This document shows, one piece after another, positions 51,501-64,000 of a DNA stretch of 64,000 nucleotides. How positions within the stretch are numbered: position 1 is the first letter of the stretch; each line of letters opens with the position of its first letter. Under the pieces are notes generated by a model. That model searched no databases. It was not told the origin of the DNA and was given only the letters and a program-made list of their open reading frames with translations. The position numbers were made by a program, and so were the translations under genes. This DNA comes from Octopus sinensis (Eukaryota), in NCBI RefSeq assembly GCF_006345805.1, contig NC_042997.1:187054001-187118000 (forward strand), written 5' to 3'.

Positions 51501-51910
51501 CCAAGCTAACATGGTAGTCCATAAAAATAGGACAAATGCTGTCGTTGATTAGCTCCAAGAGCTAGCTAGCTATGTGACACACAAACCTGTGTCCATTATA
51601 ACCTTTGAACAGGGGAGGTCAGCAGCTTCCCATTGCTAGTCTGGCACCCACAGACTAGTTTCGAGGTGGTTGCCTCTTATCAATGTAGAGTAACGGAACC
51701 CAGCAGGCATTGCTGCTGACCGACTGTTCGAAGGATTATTTACCTAAATTCAGTGGAATACATCCTCGAAACTAGCTGCTGACCTCCCCTGTCCGAAGGT
51801 TATAATCAACACAAGTTTGTATGTGACATATCTAGCTAGAGGCGATGGCCTCTTGGAGCTAATTGACATCAGCATTTGTCCTATTTTTCTGGACTGCCAT
51901 GTTAGCTTGG
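51501..51910. mobile_element. Foldback element with a decayed hammerhead motif in the loop
   Basis: Arms 51501-51627 and 51774-51910 are inverted. 51650-51686(-) reads ACA-UUGAUAA-GAGG(caacca)CCUC-GAAACUAGUC-UGU. Confidence 0.7.
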
Positions 51911-52374
51911 TACTGCAGCCGTTGTCTTTTTTAGAGAGAACTAGAAATAATGATATTTCTATTTTTGAAAACCAGTGGATGTATTCCAACATGATGATGA
52001 TTATATAAATATATATATAGACTGGGCTTCTTTTAGTGCCTGTCTACCAAATCCACTCACAAGGCTTTGGTAGACATCGGCCCAATGTGCCACACAGTGG
52101 GACTGAACCTGGAACAATGTGGTTGGGAAACAAGCTTCTTACCACACAGCCCCTTGGTAATAAAGTATTAAGCTGGCAGAATTGCTGGTATGCAGGACAA
52201 AATGCTTAGTGGCATTTTGTCCATCTTTACATTCTGAGTTCAATTTCTGCCAAGGTTGATTTTGCCTTTTCTCCTTTCAGGGTTGATGAAATAAGTACCA
52301 AATTTCAGGCTTTGTGCCTATTGTAGAAAGAATTATTTGTATAAGCCATGTGAGAAAATATTTATGTCACAGCT

Positions 52375-52680
52375 ATCACCACCACCACCACCACCATCAT
52401 CACCACCACCATCATCATCACTGCCACCACCACCACCACCACCATTACCTCCCCTACACCATCATCACCCAAACACCACCACCATCACCTCCTCTACCAC
52501 CATCATCACCACCACCACCATTACCTCCCCTACACCATCATCACCCCAACACCACCACCACCACCACCACCACCACTACCACCACCACCACCACCACCAT
52601 CATCACTGCCACCACCATCACCTCTGCCGTGACTGTCGCTACAACCACCACCACTGTCATCACTATCATCATCATTATCA
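52375..52680. repeat. (CAC)n/(CAT)n compound microsatellite
   Basis: Directly visible. Confidence 0.95.
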
Positions 52681-53356
52681 TTATTTCATTCAGTTTAATC
52701 ACATTATATATTTATTTTCAATAAACAAAAAAACATTGCTGTGATAATCTATTTGGTAAGATTTATGAATTTAACAGTTCAAAAGTCTAAAAATAATTTT
52801 TATTTATAGCCTTGTCAACCACAAAGAGCAAAAATGGTTTTTCTTTTCTAATAGAAAATTAACCAGTAACTCTTATTCAATACATTTTGTCATTAAAGTA
52901 GTTTTCCTCGCTTGCCAAGAGATTAGATTGAGTAGAAATAATACTTATATGAAAGCAGGCTTCCTACAGAGCTTTTATAATACAGAAGAAACATCAAATG
53001 ATAACATGATTTAGTTTGTTCTGTACAAGTGTTTCAATCGTTTATAAGGCTTTTGCCATCTTCGATATATTTCATTATTAAAAGAAAGGGAAAGGAAGAA
53101 TCGTGAAATTAAGCAAATACAATAACTGTAGAAAGGGAAGAAACAGAAAGAAAATATTTCTTTTCTCTAGGTACAAATTTTTACCTAGGATGAGGTGGGG
53201 AAGCATGAACTTTGAACATTGGTTCTTGAACAGAGGCAATGACAGGAGACTGAGACCTTTGGAGATATGCTGTGATTGAGAAGACCAGGCAACTAAAGTG
53301 AGTTCGCAGCCATGGCCAATGCCAGTGTTGTATGTATATATATATATATAGTGTTG

Positions 53357-53397
<41 letters not shown>

Positions 53398-56030
53398 ATG
53401 TATGTGTGTGTGTGTGTGTATAAATAGACCCCTCCCCACCAAAAGGATCTGAAGCCAGAATGAAGAAGAATTAAACTAAATACTCGGCTCTCTATTGCTC
53501 TTGTGGTAGTTGCTGTTGTTCTTGTTCACCTCTTTAAATCCTCTGCTTTGTCATCATCATTTAATGTCTGTTTTCCATGCTGGCATAGGTTAGATGATTT
53601 GACTGGGGTTGGTAAGCTGGTTATCTGTTTTGACTTGGTCTCTATGGCTGGATGCTCTTCCTAACGCCAGTCACTTTACAGAGGGTACTGGATGTCTCAT
53701 GTGCCACTGGCACATGTCATTTTACATGTCATCTGCATGGGTGCCTTTTATGTGTCACCAGCATTGGCCATGACTACATACACACACACACACACAAACA
53801 CGCATAATGAATGAGAGAAATCGAAAATGGAATTCATAAGATTCTTTATTAATCACAAGGATCGTTTCGACCCACCTTGCATTGATCCCTCACAGGTGAT
53901 TTTTCAAAAAGTACCTGGCTCGTACTCTTTGTTTCAATTGGTACAATTATACAGCAAATCACTATTTGCTACATACAGCCGAAATTTGCCATGATGATTC
54001 GGTTTCTGACTGAAGATTGAAGGCTTCGAATGACTTGCCTGTTTTCCGTGTTCGTCCCTTCGTGTATTTCACGTTCTTTATATATAAATTTTTATTCATT
54101 TATTTATATATATATATATACTTCAGTAGCCATGTTTAATTTGCAGAGTTAACTATTACTCATCAATAAGATAAGTTATGCTTCTACCTTTCTTTAATAC
54201 TGTTAAATCTTATCGATTATTTCTAAATCTATAGTTTAATTATAATGTCTTCATTTATGCTGTAAGAGTGACCTGAAGAGTGGTTATGTATCGTTTGATT
54301 GAGGAAATATTAATTTTTGAGATGATCAATTTTGATATTGTAAATTTAAATATATCGTCATGAAACATGCATCGTCATTTTAATGTGTATTATTTAGTAT
54401 AGTAATTTTTAGTACAATATTAATAATATATTTAAATTTATATTTTATTACAGATAATATCTTTCATTATTAATTGAATTACTTTATGGAGGTTCTGTCC
54501 CTTAATTCTATATATGTGTGTGTGTGTGTGTGTGTATAGATAGATCATCATGACACCCACCACCAAAAAGGATTTGAATTCAGAATTAAGAAGGATTAAA
54601 CTAAATACTGTTGTGTATTTAGCTAGGCTCTCTAATGCTCTTTGGTAGTGGCTGTTGTTCTTCTTCAGCTCTAATTTAGCAGACCTATGATCAATAACAT
54701 TCAAGTCATGACAGCCCTATTTCTTTCTTATATCTGGAACCCCAGGACCACATTGTCTCATATGTCCTTTTTCTGAGATGGTGGACTGTGATTTGAAGGA
54801 GATTTGATTGCTATTTCTAGCAAGTCACTCAATCACAGAAGCACCTTAATTGGTTCGTTGGTTCATAGTTTTAGCATTGCTGGAGAAGAGTACTGTAAAA
54901 GGAACTTCCTTGAGATGAACAATATGTACAAAACTTTGTACAAGAATGAAAATGTATGATTCCTTACCAAAATAAAAAGGCAAAACCAAACAAAGCAAAA
55001 CAAAAGAAAAACAAATAAAAAAGAAAAACCTCAAGTGTTTCCCTTGCAATTCTAATTCACCACACACACTGTCAGATTCTTCTGATGTAATGTATATTAA
55101 GAGGATTGACTCAATGCTGATTCATTTGTAGATAAAGTTCTGTTGCAGTGCCAGCTATGTATTCGATGCTATACTGGAAACACCAAGGATCAGTAATCAG
55201 ATTCCAATACAATTGACATTCTTTCTCAGTTACATATAATTAGTTTTATTCTTGGAACTTATTGAATTAAGAAAAATACGAGGGAACATTGCTTAATTAA
55301 ATAAATTGATAAATGTTAGCAGGTCAATAGAGTTGGAATGAAAATTCTCCAGCTCAATGCCATTTCGATGTTGAGTAATGAAGGTAAAATAAAAAAATTT
55401 AAAACAAAAAAAAAGTTTAAAACAAAAAAAGTATGCTTCGTTACTAGAAATTATTGATAAAGATAAGCTTTTACATAGTTTTTGTTGATATTTTGTGAAA
55501 TGTCTTTAAAATGTTTATTGATTTCTGATAATTAAGCCAAAAGGAAAGAAACGCGCGTGAGCTTTTGTGAGAGAAAAAAATGATAATTGTCACACAGTAC
55601 AACTAAACCAATAGAATGGTTTTAAAAATATTTTTAAGGCACACGTTTCTTTGTTTTGTCTTTGTTTGTATACTGACTTTTGAAAACTTTGTTCTTTGAA
55701 TAATAATAGCAGTTAAAATATCTGATTTATGCATATGTGTGTAGTGGGGAAACCCCAATTTTTTTTCTTATTAAATTTTTTTCTCCAGTCTTGATTGACA
55801 TTTGTAAAGGTTTTTGGATCATGCTCTATTTTTACGGTTAGATGTCCTTTTCATGATCAATACCATTGCTATGGTTTTATATCACACAACTTGAAGTCAT
55901 GATATTCGTGGCTTACACATGAGCATCAACTATATTGTCAAAACATTTTGAGACCCCCTTCAGTCATGAGCTCAACAGTCTAACCACTGAGTCATGTACG
56001 TTCACTAATAATAATAATAATAATAATAAC

Positions 56031-56570
56031 CAGGCAGTGGCTCTCATGGCTTATGATCTTAACTGATTGGAAGTGTTATCATGTACATTGTTTTGTCTTG
56101 GTATAAAAGATGGGCTACAGCAAATATTCTGCTCAGTACCACAGATTTGCTTGTCAGTTGTTTGACCTTAGCCAGATGAGCATGTCCCTTAGTGGCTGAC
56201 AATATGTGCATCTCTGATCATGAGCGGAAGTAGTGGTGGAGCATCATAGCCATGTGTTGAGAGGGATTCTATGGAGTTTGAGTAATTCACCTCTGGAAAC
56301 ATAGGTGTTTCGTTCAACATCCTTAAACAACCCTTATTCAAGGACCTTTTGAGTGGGATGGGTTACTTGACCTGAAGAAAATTCTAACTGGGCCCCACCT
56401 GCAAGGTCATGTGCTGTTTATCTTGATATGAGATCACCATGTCGCGCACACATGGTTGTAATGCATGTGCCTGGTGTACCCTTATAAGACGGGTAGTCAT
56501 GATGGGTATATTGGGCTTCGTATATTTTACTCCAATGTCACTTTGATGGCATGAACTACTCTCTCACTCA
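56031..56570 (+). mobile_element. Non-coding 3' region of a retroelement inserted in (TAA)n, possibly an R4/Dong-type UTR
   Basis: Flanked on both sides by (TAA)n; a second copy at 26460-26660 has the same 3' end. No coding motif, so the clade is inferred. Confidence 0.55.
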
Positions 56571-56591
56571 ATAATAATAATAATAATAGAG

Positions 56592-56927
56592 GAGACCCCC
56601 TTCGGTCATGAATGACCATGGGATTGCACCTACAAAGTTACATTCTGGGGCACAAGTCCGGGTAAGGTTGTTTACGGAAGACCAGCAGTCACCCATGCAT
56701 ACCAGTCTCCTCTCTCCATGCCACTGATGTTATCCAAGGGAAAGGCAACGGCCGATACAGCTTAGCACCAGTGATGTCGCAATTCATTTCTACAGCTGAG
56801 TGAAGTGGAGCAACGTGAAATAAAGTGTCTTGCTTATGAACACAACACACAGCCTGGTCCAAGAATCAAACTCATAACCTCACGACCGTAAGCTCGACGC
56901 TCTAACTACTGAGCCATGTGCCTTCAC
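56592..56927 (-). mobile_element. tRNA-derived SINE, family D
   Basis: Reverse complement GTGAAGGCACATGGCTCAGTAGTTAGAGCG...GAGTTTGATTC head. The tail is homologous to 446-638. Confidence 0.75.
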
Positions 56928-57342
56928 AAAAAGTATTCAACTAAAAATTGAAACCAATGTGATAATTGGGCTCACTAACAATCTATTTTTATGGAATTAT
57001 CTCATTTCATTTGTTTTCTCCCCATACTCATCATCATCATCATCATCATCATCATTATGATCATCAATCTGTTTTCCTTACTGTCATGAGTTGCACTGTT
57101 TGAAAGGATCTAATGAGCTGCATGACTATGTTGAGCTCCTGTGTCAGCTTTGGCTTGGTTTCTGTGGCTTGATACTCTTCCTAATCCAGCATATACCTGA
57201 CAGTGCATACTGAGTGCCTTTTACATGCCACTGGTGACACTAGTGAGGTCATTAAGTAATTTGCAAAACAAGGAAAAAGAAGGAAAAAAGTCGCCTTGAC
57301 TGAGTGAGGCTGGTGTATTGAAATGAGGGAAAAGGTCTCTTT

Positions 57343-57576
57343 ATTATTTCTTTACTGCCCACAAGGGGCTACACACAGAGGGGACAAACAAGGGCAGACA
57401 AACGGATTAAGTTGATTATATTGACCCCAGTGTGTAACTGGTGCTTATTTAATTGACCCTGAAAGGATGAAAGGCAAAGTCGACCTCGGCGGAATTTGAA
57501 CTCAGAACATAGCGGCAGATGAAATACTGCTAAGCATTTTGCCCGACGTGCTAACATTTCTGCCAGCTCGCTGCCT
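57343..57576 (-). mobile_element. Full-length family B SINE
   Basis: Head, central domain and AGCCCCTTGTGGGCAGTAAAG tail. Confidence 0.85.
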
Positions 57577-58197
57577 ATATCCTGGCATAAATACACCGGA
57601 AGAGGTTTTGGAAGCCTAAAGTATAATAGAGGGATAAGCACAGGTATGTTGCTGTAGAGGAGATACATGGCTACTTCACATTATATAAATGTTGATTGGA
57701 GTAACTGGAAAGAAGGTAGCAATAATGATGATGTAATACCTGAGCAAACCCTCAAAGTGCAAGTAAAGGAGTATAGAAGAGAAAATGAAAAGTGGATTGG
57801 GGGAGTGAGGAGATGAGAGAACAATTGTATGAAGGTGTGAGAGGAGAGCAAGAGATGGTTAGAGATGGGAGTAGAAGCGGATGTGGTGAGTACTGAACAA
57901 GCATGCAGATGAGGTTAATAGGAAAAGTATAACTATTACATCCTAACATTTTCCTTCCCAAAAAAGTCTAAGCTTTCATGTCTCTATAAGAAGCTATTAT
58001 AATAAATGCAATTATTTTCATCAGTTGAAATGGGAATGTTGGTAAATTACTGACTGATATGCTGGTTCTAGGAATTTTTTTTTTAATTTGGTGCATATAT
58101 TGCTTAGTGGCTCAGAATAAATTTGCTTATTCTATTTCACTTTCCTGAAATTATAATTATAAAATAATAATTTAATAATAATGAAGCTAATGTGTAG

Positions 58198-58630
58198 GAG
58201 GCGGAGGAGGGGCTGTGTGGTAAGTAGCTTGCTTACGAACCACATGGTTCTGGGTTCAGTCCCACTGTGTGGCACCTTGGGCAAGTTTCTTCTACTAGAG
58301 CCTTGGGCCGACCAAAGCCTTGTGAGTGGAAACTGAAAGAAGCCCGTCGTAAATATGTATATATATATATATATATATCTATATATATATATATATATAT
58401 GTATGTTTGTGTATATATATTTCTGTGTCTGTATTTGTCCCCCCAACATCGCTTGACAACCAATACTGGTGTATTTACATCCCCGTAACTTAGCGGTTTG
58501 GTAAAAGAGACCGATACAATAAGTACTAGGCTTACAAAGAATAAGTCCTGGGGTCGATTTGCCTGACTAAAGGTGGTGCTCCAGCATGGCCACAGTCAAA
58601 TGACTGAAACAAGTAAAAGAGTAAAAGAGT
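58198..58630 (+). mobile_element. Family C SINE
   Basis: Full family C layout. Confidence 0.85.
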
Positions 58631-59383
58631 GAGCTTATAACCAAAGTGACATATTTTCTTTGCCACTGGATCTCTCTCCTTTTCTCTCTCTTTCCCTCCC
58701 CTCCCCCTATACATTAATCTATCTTCCTCACACTCAAACCAAGAGCAAAAGCCCAGAACATTTCATTCTTCACTTTCTCATAGCAACCGAACTCTCCTAT
58801 TTTCTTGTTTGACTTTGATTCAATCGACTGTGTACCTACCTCTCACATCAGAACGTCTGGCTTTAAACGCCTATCTAAGAAGCATGTCATATCTTACTCC
58901 ACACGAAAATGCTATATTTCCATAAGCCGGATTCACATTAATAAACATGAAGCATAATCACCAATAATTCTTTTTTTTCCCCCCTTTACAATGGAATTGT
59001 CCATCTTGAAAACGCTCCTGCTTTATCTGTGCAAGTTAATAATGTAAAGTCGAAGAAACTGTCTTTTGATACTATATTCAGCCATCAGACAGTTTTCCAA
59101 AATGGAAGCTAGTTGAAGTTAATAAAGCCTGGGGGGGGGGGAACAAATAGCAGGTCCACATCTCCAAGCTGTTACTCTTAAATCCTTTATACACATTTGG
59201 TTTTCCAAGGGCTTCTAAAACTACGCATCCCTTTCCTTTTTAATTCCTTCTTTCCTTCCTTCCTTCCTTTCTTTCTCCGGTCTCTCTCCCTCTTTCCTAC
59301 AACTCTTACTGTCCAGCACATCCTGTTTTAGGTTTTTAAAGGGAACCTTCACATCTCAAGTCTTATCTCTTTTGTTTTGGTTC

Positions 59384-60162
59384 CATCATCATCATCATCA
59401 TATGCAGCAGCAGCAGCCTCATTTTTCTACCCCCATCTGTGCCACCACCACCACCACCACCATCAACATCACCACCACCACCACCACCACCACCGCCGCC
59501 ACTACCACCACCACCACCACCACCACCACCACCACCACCACCACCGCCACTACCACCACCACCACCACCGCCGCCACCACCACCACCACCACCAACACCA
59601 ACACCACTCCATCACCACCCCACCGCCGCCACCACCACCACCACCATCAACACCACCGCCACCACCACCAACACCACCGCCACCACCACCAACACCACCA
59701 CCACCACCAACACCACCACCACCAACACCACTCCACACCACTCCACCACCACCACCACCACCATACCCCCTACCTCAGCCCTTGACATCACTGTTACTAT
59801 CATCATCATCATCATCAACAATAGCAGTTAATCCATTGTTAGGGGCAGGCACATGCCTCCCTTAACTTGTCATCCACACCCAAGTTTGTTTTTCTACAAT
59901 TATGACCCTTGATGAGACTCACTCCCCCTACTTGCTCCCCTGTCTCACCCCCCCCCCCACCTCTATCCTATGGAAACTCTTCCCTGCTCCCCCTCTCCTC
60001 CACACCCTCCACATATTTCTTCATACACCTCTGCCTTCCCCTTCCTCCTCATTACCACCTTGTCCATCATCATGCAGATTACCATATTCACTATCACCCT
60101 CTTGTCACTGGCATTATCACTACAACTCTTACTGTAGTTGCTGCTACTACTACCTCCGCAAT

Positions 60163-60238
<76 letters not shown>

Positions 60239-60268
60239 ACAGCTGCTGCTGCTGCTGCCACCACCAGT

Positions 60269-60299
<31 letters not shown>

Positions 60300-60313
60300 G
60301 CCACCACTAAAGT

Positions 60314-60352
<39 letters not shown>

Positions 60353-60630
60353 CACAACTACTACTACTACTACTACTACTTACTACCACCACAGTTACTA
60401 CTACTACTACTGCTACCACCACAGTTACTACTACTACTACTGTCAACACCACAACTACTACTACTACTTCTACCACCACAATTACTACTACTACTACTGC
60501 TGCTGCTGTTACTTCTACTACTACTACTGTCACCACCACCACAACTACTACTACTACTGTCATCACCACAGTTACTACTACTACTACAAGCACCACTGTC
60601 ATCAGCAACACCACTGTCACCACCACAGCT
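59384..60630. repeat. Large compound trinucleotide region (CAC, TAC, TGC, CAT)
   Basis: Directly visible; generates low-complexity ORFs in all frames. Confidence 0.9.
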
Positions 60631-61229
60631 CTGCCCTTTCCTTTCTCTCCTCTTGCAACATCATCCTTCTCCTATTGCCAGCCACCCTCTTTATTTACTC
60701 TCAAGGAGCTGTTGTGAATTGAGCTCAGAAACTGATATAATTTAAATTCTATTTGATATTCAAAGGAAATATAAAAAAAAAATGAAAAAAACCCCCAAAA
60801 AACTAGTAAATTATTCTGTTATTGTTTAACCTAAGTCCAGCTGTGATCATACACTATTGCTTAGACATTGCTTTGGGTCACGGAAACTGTTTAAGTTATT
60901 GTTATTTAGCTCCCAGGTTAGCTCTGATTGAACATATCTGTGATAGAAAGCTAAGTATTTCAGGCCAATCCATTTTGTTTTCAAACGGCGGGGTGGGAGT
61001 ATGTTCTTTTTGGTTATTTTTTTCCTCTAAGATGTTATGGTGTGTTTTGAGGAAGATTTGGCAGAGGAAGGCTAAAAAGAAAAAAAAAAAAAAATGTCAC
61101 AGCACTTTTCCTCAAAGCACCAATTCTGGCAGGAGGTTTACTTTGGTAAAAGGCATTAGCAATGCCTCCTGATTGAAGCCAGTTTCATTCATTTATTTAT
61201 TCTCCCATATTACTATATTTATTTATTAT

Positions 61230-61535
61230 AGGCACAGGAGAGGCTGTGTGGTAAGTAGCTTACTTACCAACCACATGGTTCCGAGTTCAGTCCCACTGCA
61301 TGGCATCTTTAGCAAGTGTCTTCTATTTTAGCTTTGGGCCAACCAAATCCTTGTGAGTGGATTTGGTAGAACGAAACTGAAAGAAGCCCATATGTATGTG
61401 TGAGTATATGCTTGTGTGTCTATGTTTGTACCCCCCAACATCGCTTGACAACCGATGCTGGTGTGTTTACGTCCCTGTAACTTAGAGGTTCGGCAAAAGA
61501 GACCGATAGAATAACTGAAACAAGTAAAAGAGAAT
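61230..61535 (+). mobile_element. Family C SINE, internally deleted
   Basis: Head and tail present; the segment between GATAGAATAA and CTGAAACAAG is missing. Confidence 0.8.
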
Positions 61536-61697
61536 ACTAAAACATTTTTTGGTTTTGTTGTATGCAAGAGTTAGCAAAAAAAACGTTCAGGAAGCTGATT
61601 TTGCTGTATGGAGTTAAAGAATCAAATGTTAGAAGTACTTGTACTACTACTTTCTTCTGGAAAAGGGAACACACACACACACACACACACACACATA

Positions 61698-61914
61698 TGA
61701 GTTGGTGCTGAAAAGTTCCTGGCATTGGGTAAAATAAAATAAAAATGGATCAGTTAATTATGATTCTATTTGACATATCCCTCTCTCAGATTTATGCACT
61801 TATGGCACCAATTCTTCAGTTTTCCTAAGCCCTGTAAAAGAACTTGGAAAGGTGGGCCCCCAACCAGACCTTTTGGTATACCCTTAAAGCCAGAAACTCT
61901 TCAGCACCACTTGA
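61698..61914. mobile_element. mariner-type MITE
   Basis: TIR cores GGTGCTGAAAAGTTCCTGGC / GCCAGAAACTCTTCAGCACC, with TA flanks. Confidence 0.7.
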
Positions 61915-61919
61915 TATGA

Positions 61920-62785
61920 TTATTCTTTTATTCTTTTACTTGTTTTAGTCATTTGACTGCAGCTGCCATGCTGGAGCACCACCTTTAGTTCAACAAATCA
62001 ATTCCAGGACTTATTCTTTATGAGCCTAGTATTTATTCTGTTTTTTTTTTTTTGCTGAACCACTAAGTTATGGGGACATATACGTTCCCCCATTGGTTGT
62101 CAAGCAATGGTGGAAGAGAGACAAACACAGACACACAAATATATATATATATATATATATGTAGCAAATTCGCAAATTCAATGACTGGAACCTGTGCCAG
62201 TGGAACGCTAAGAGCACCACCCGAGCGTGATTGTTGCCAGAGCAGCTAACTGGCTTCTGTGCCGGTGGCACATAAAAAGCACCATTCAAACGTGATCGTT
62301 ACCAGCATCGACTTACTGGCACATGAAAAACAGGTGTCACTGGACTGGCTCCTGTGCAGGTGTCACATAAAAAACCCCACTTGAGCATGGCCGTTGCCAG
62401 TACCACCTGACTGGCCCTCATGCCAGTGGCAAGTAAAAGCACCCACTACATTCTTGGAGTGGTTGGCATTAGGAAGGGCATCCAGCTGTAGAAACTCTGC
62501 CAAATCAGACTGGAGCTTGGTGCAGCCATCTGGTTTGCCAGTCCTCAGTCAAATCGTCCAACCCATGCTAGCATGGGAAGTGGATGTTAAACGATGATGA
62601 TGATGATGATGTAGATAGATAGATACATATATATATGTACACAACAGGCTTATTTCAATTTTCATCTACCAAATCTACTCAGCCCGAGGCTATAGTAAAA
62701 GACACTTGCCCAAAGTGCTACACAATGGGACTGAACCCAGAACCATGTGGTTGGGAAGCAAGCTTCTTACCACATAGCCATGCCT
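61920..62785 (-). mobile_element. Family C SINE hosting a family E insertion (62165-62612, +) in its microsatellite
   Basis: SINE tail 61920-62160 and head 62625-62785. The insert has repeated GGCACGTAAAAAGCACC-like units and a (GAT)n end. Confidence 0.8.
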
Positions 62786-62833
62786 GATAGTTTTTTTTTT
62801 TTTTCAGCTTCCATTTACCAAATCCACTCTTAA

Positions 62834-63053
62834 CCTTTTAGTATTCAGATTACTCTGTCAAATGCTCTGCTTGCTTTTTCACATTGCTTTGAATTTACCA
62901 TGGATTATCTTATAGCTAAGACATTTTCATGATGAGAATATTTAGTTTTAGAAAGACATTGTAGGCTAGGTGTGAGAGGCTAGATCTGGCCAGTTTTAAC
63001 ATAAAACTTGTAGAATATTTAGGCCGGATATGGCTGGTTTGAATGCTAAAGGG
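62834..63053. mobile_element. piggyBac-type MITE, family 2, inside a family C fragment
   Basis: TTAA at 62830-62833 and 63054-63057. The SINE sequence AAATCCACTC...CTTTGGTCAGCC resumes across it. Confidence 0.8.
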
Positions 63054-63773
63054 TTAAGTCTTTGGTCAGCCTGGGGTTATTGTAGAAGACACTATTTAAA
63101 TTTGTCAGTTATATATTACCACCAACTCCTGACATGAGCTTTATTATCCTTGTTAGTCTCAGGGGAAAATTTGAGAAAAAAAACTAACCAAAGAATGCCA
63201 AATATGACATGTGAATGATACAAGATCAAGAGAAAATAAAGATTGAAGTTATTATAAACCTGTCCAACCCAATCTGGTTTAGAAAATAAGATTTTAAAAT
63301 GTCGGTAATCTTCATAATGCTGTTGAAGAATAGGATGATTTTGATGGCAAAATATTTGCCTTTTGTTCGTTAATTTAAATCTTTAAATTCAAAACATTCA
63401 AACTAAAAGTAATGAAGAAATATTAATGTACACTGAATTGTATCTCTGAAAGGGTCCACAAAGGATTTAAGACGAAGATATTTAATTTAATTTATTTTCC
63501 CGAATCTTATTGTGTTCTGTCACTTATGAAGAATGGAGGAACATCATCATCATCATCATCATCATAAGAATGTGTGTAATGAACGTCAGTATCTGACTAG
63601 GGATTTTTCATAACATTTCCTATGATGGAATGAGCTTGTCCCTTCTTGGAAATTCTGCGGTAATACAATGGAAGGAGAACAATTAGTGGAAGATTGAAAG
63701 AATGTCTGAAACTTTTAAAGACACTTTTCATGAAATTGTTGTAGAAGTGTGTATGTATGAGTGTGTATATAAA

Positions 63774-63812
<39 letters not shown>

Positions 63813-63925
63813 ATTAATGGTGATTTTCAAAAGACTAGGATAAAAAGAAAGCTAAAGAGATGCATAGAGTAAAACGGTAAAAATAGACAAATAGAAAAGA
63901 AAAAGTGAGTGATATAGATAATGTG

Positions 63926-63991
<66 letters not shown>

Positions 63992-64000
63992 TTACACTGA

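Noticed and set aside
52314-52744. Pro/His/Thr-rich ORFs
   Set aside because: Translations of a (CAC)n microsatellite.
53855-53900. Possible hammerhead on the minus strand (CUGUGAG...GGUCGAAACGAUC)
   Set aside because: Core needs a deletion and stems I and III do not pair convincingly; at most a PLE-like relic.
53400-54680. About 130-bp diverged direct repeat (53400-53540 vs 54515-54680)
   Set aside because: Old local duplication or decayed SINE pieces; no TSD or internal coding to support an LTR element.
59372-60722. Long ORFs (up to 271 aa) resembling mucin, extensin or His-rich proteins
   Set aside because: They arise from stop-free trinucleotide microsatellites open in several frames on both strands; no domain or splice support.
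62165-62445. Repeated GGCACRTAAAAAGCACC-like units with variable spacers, superficially CRISPR-like
   Set aside because: Degenerate internal repeats of a eukaryotic retroposon family; irregular spacing and no cas genes.

Overview
AT-rich, repeat-dominated eukaryotic genomic DNA. The SINE families and microsatellite load look like an octopus (coleoid cephalopod) intron or intergenic region; that assignment is from recall of these repeat families, not from a search. I found no intact host protein-coding gene: most listed ORFs are microsatellite or SINE artefacts. The window holds dozens of tRNA-derived SINEs of several families, LINE 3' fragments (CR1, Tx1/L1, RTE, R4/Dong-like), DNA transposon relics (piggyBac and its MITEs, Tc1, mariner, Tigger/pogo-like, hAT), a 5S rRNA retrocopy and two near-perfect microsatellite-bounded tandem duplications. 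The most notable unexplained signal is a recurring set of short non-coding foldback or tandem elements carrying minimal type-I hammerhead ribozyme cores (CUGANGA...GAAA...UH) of the Penelope/retrozyme kind. One has a tRNA-like Pol III head and a 13-bp TSD. A 5S rRNA copy is fused to a CR1-type SINE tail, and two SINE families share 3' tails with LINE fragments present in the same window.
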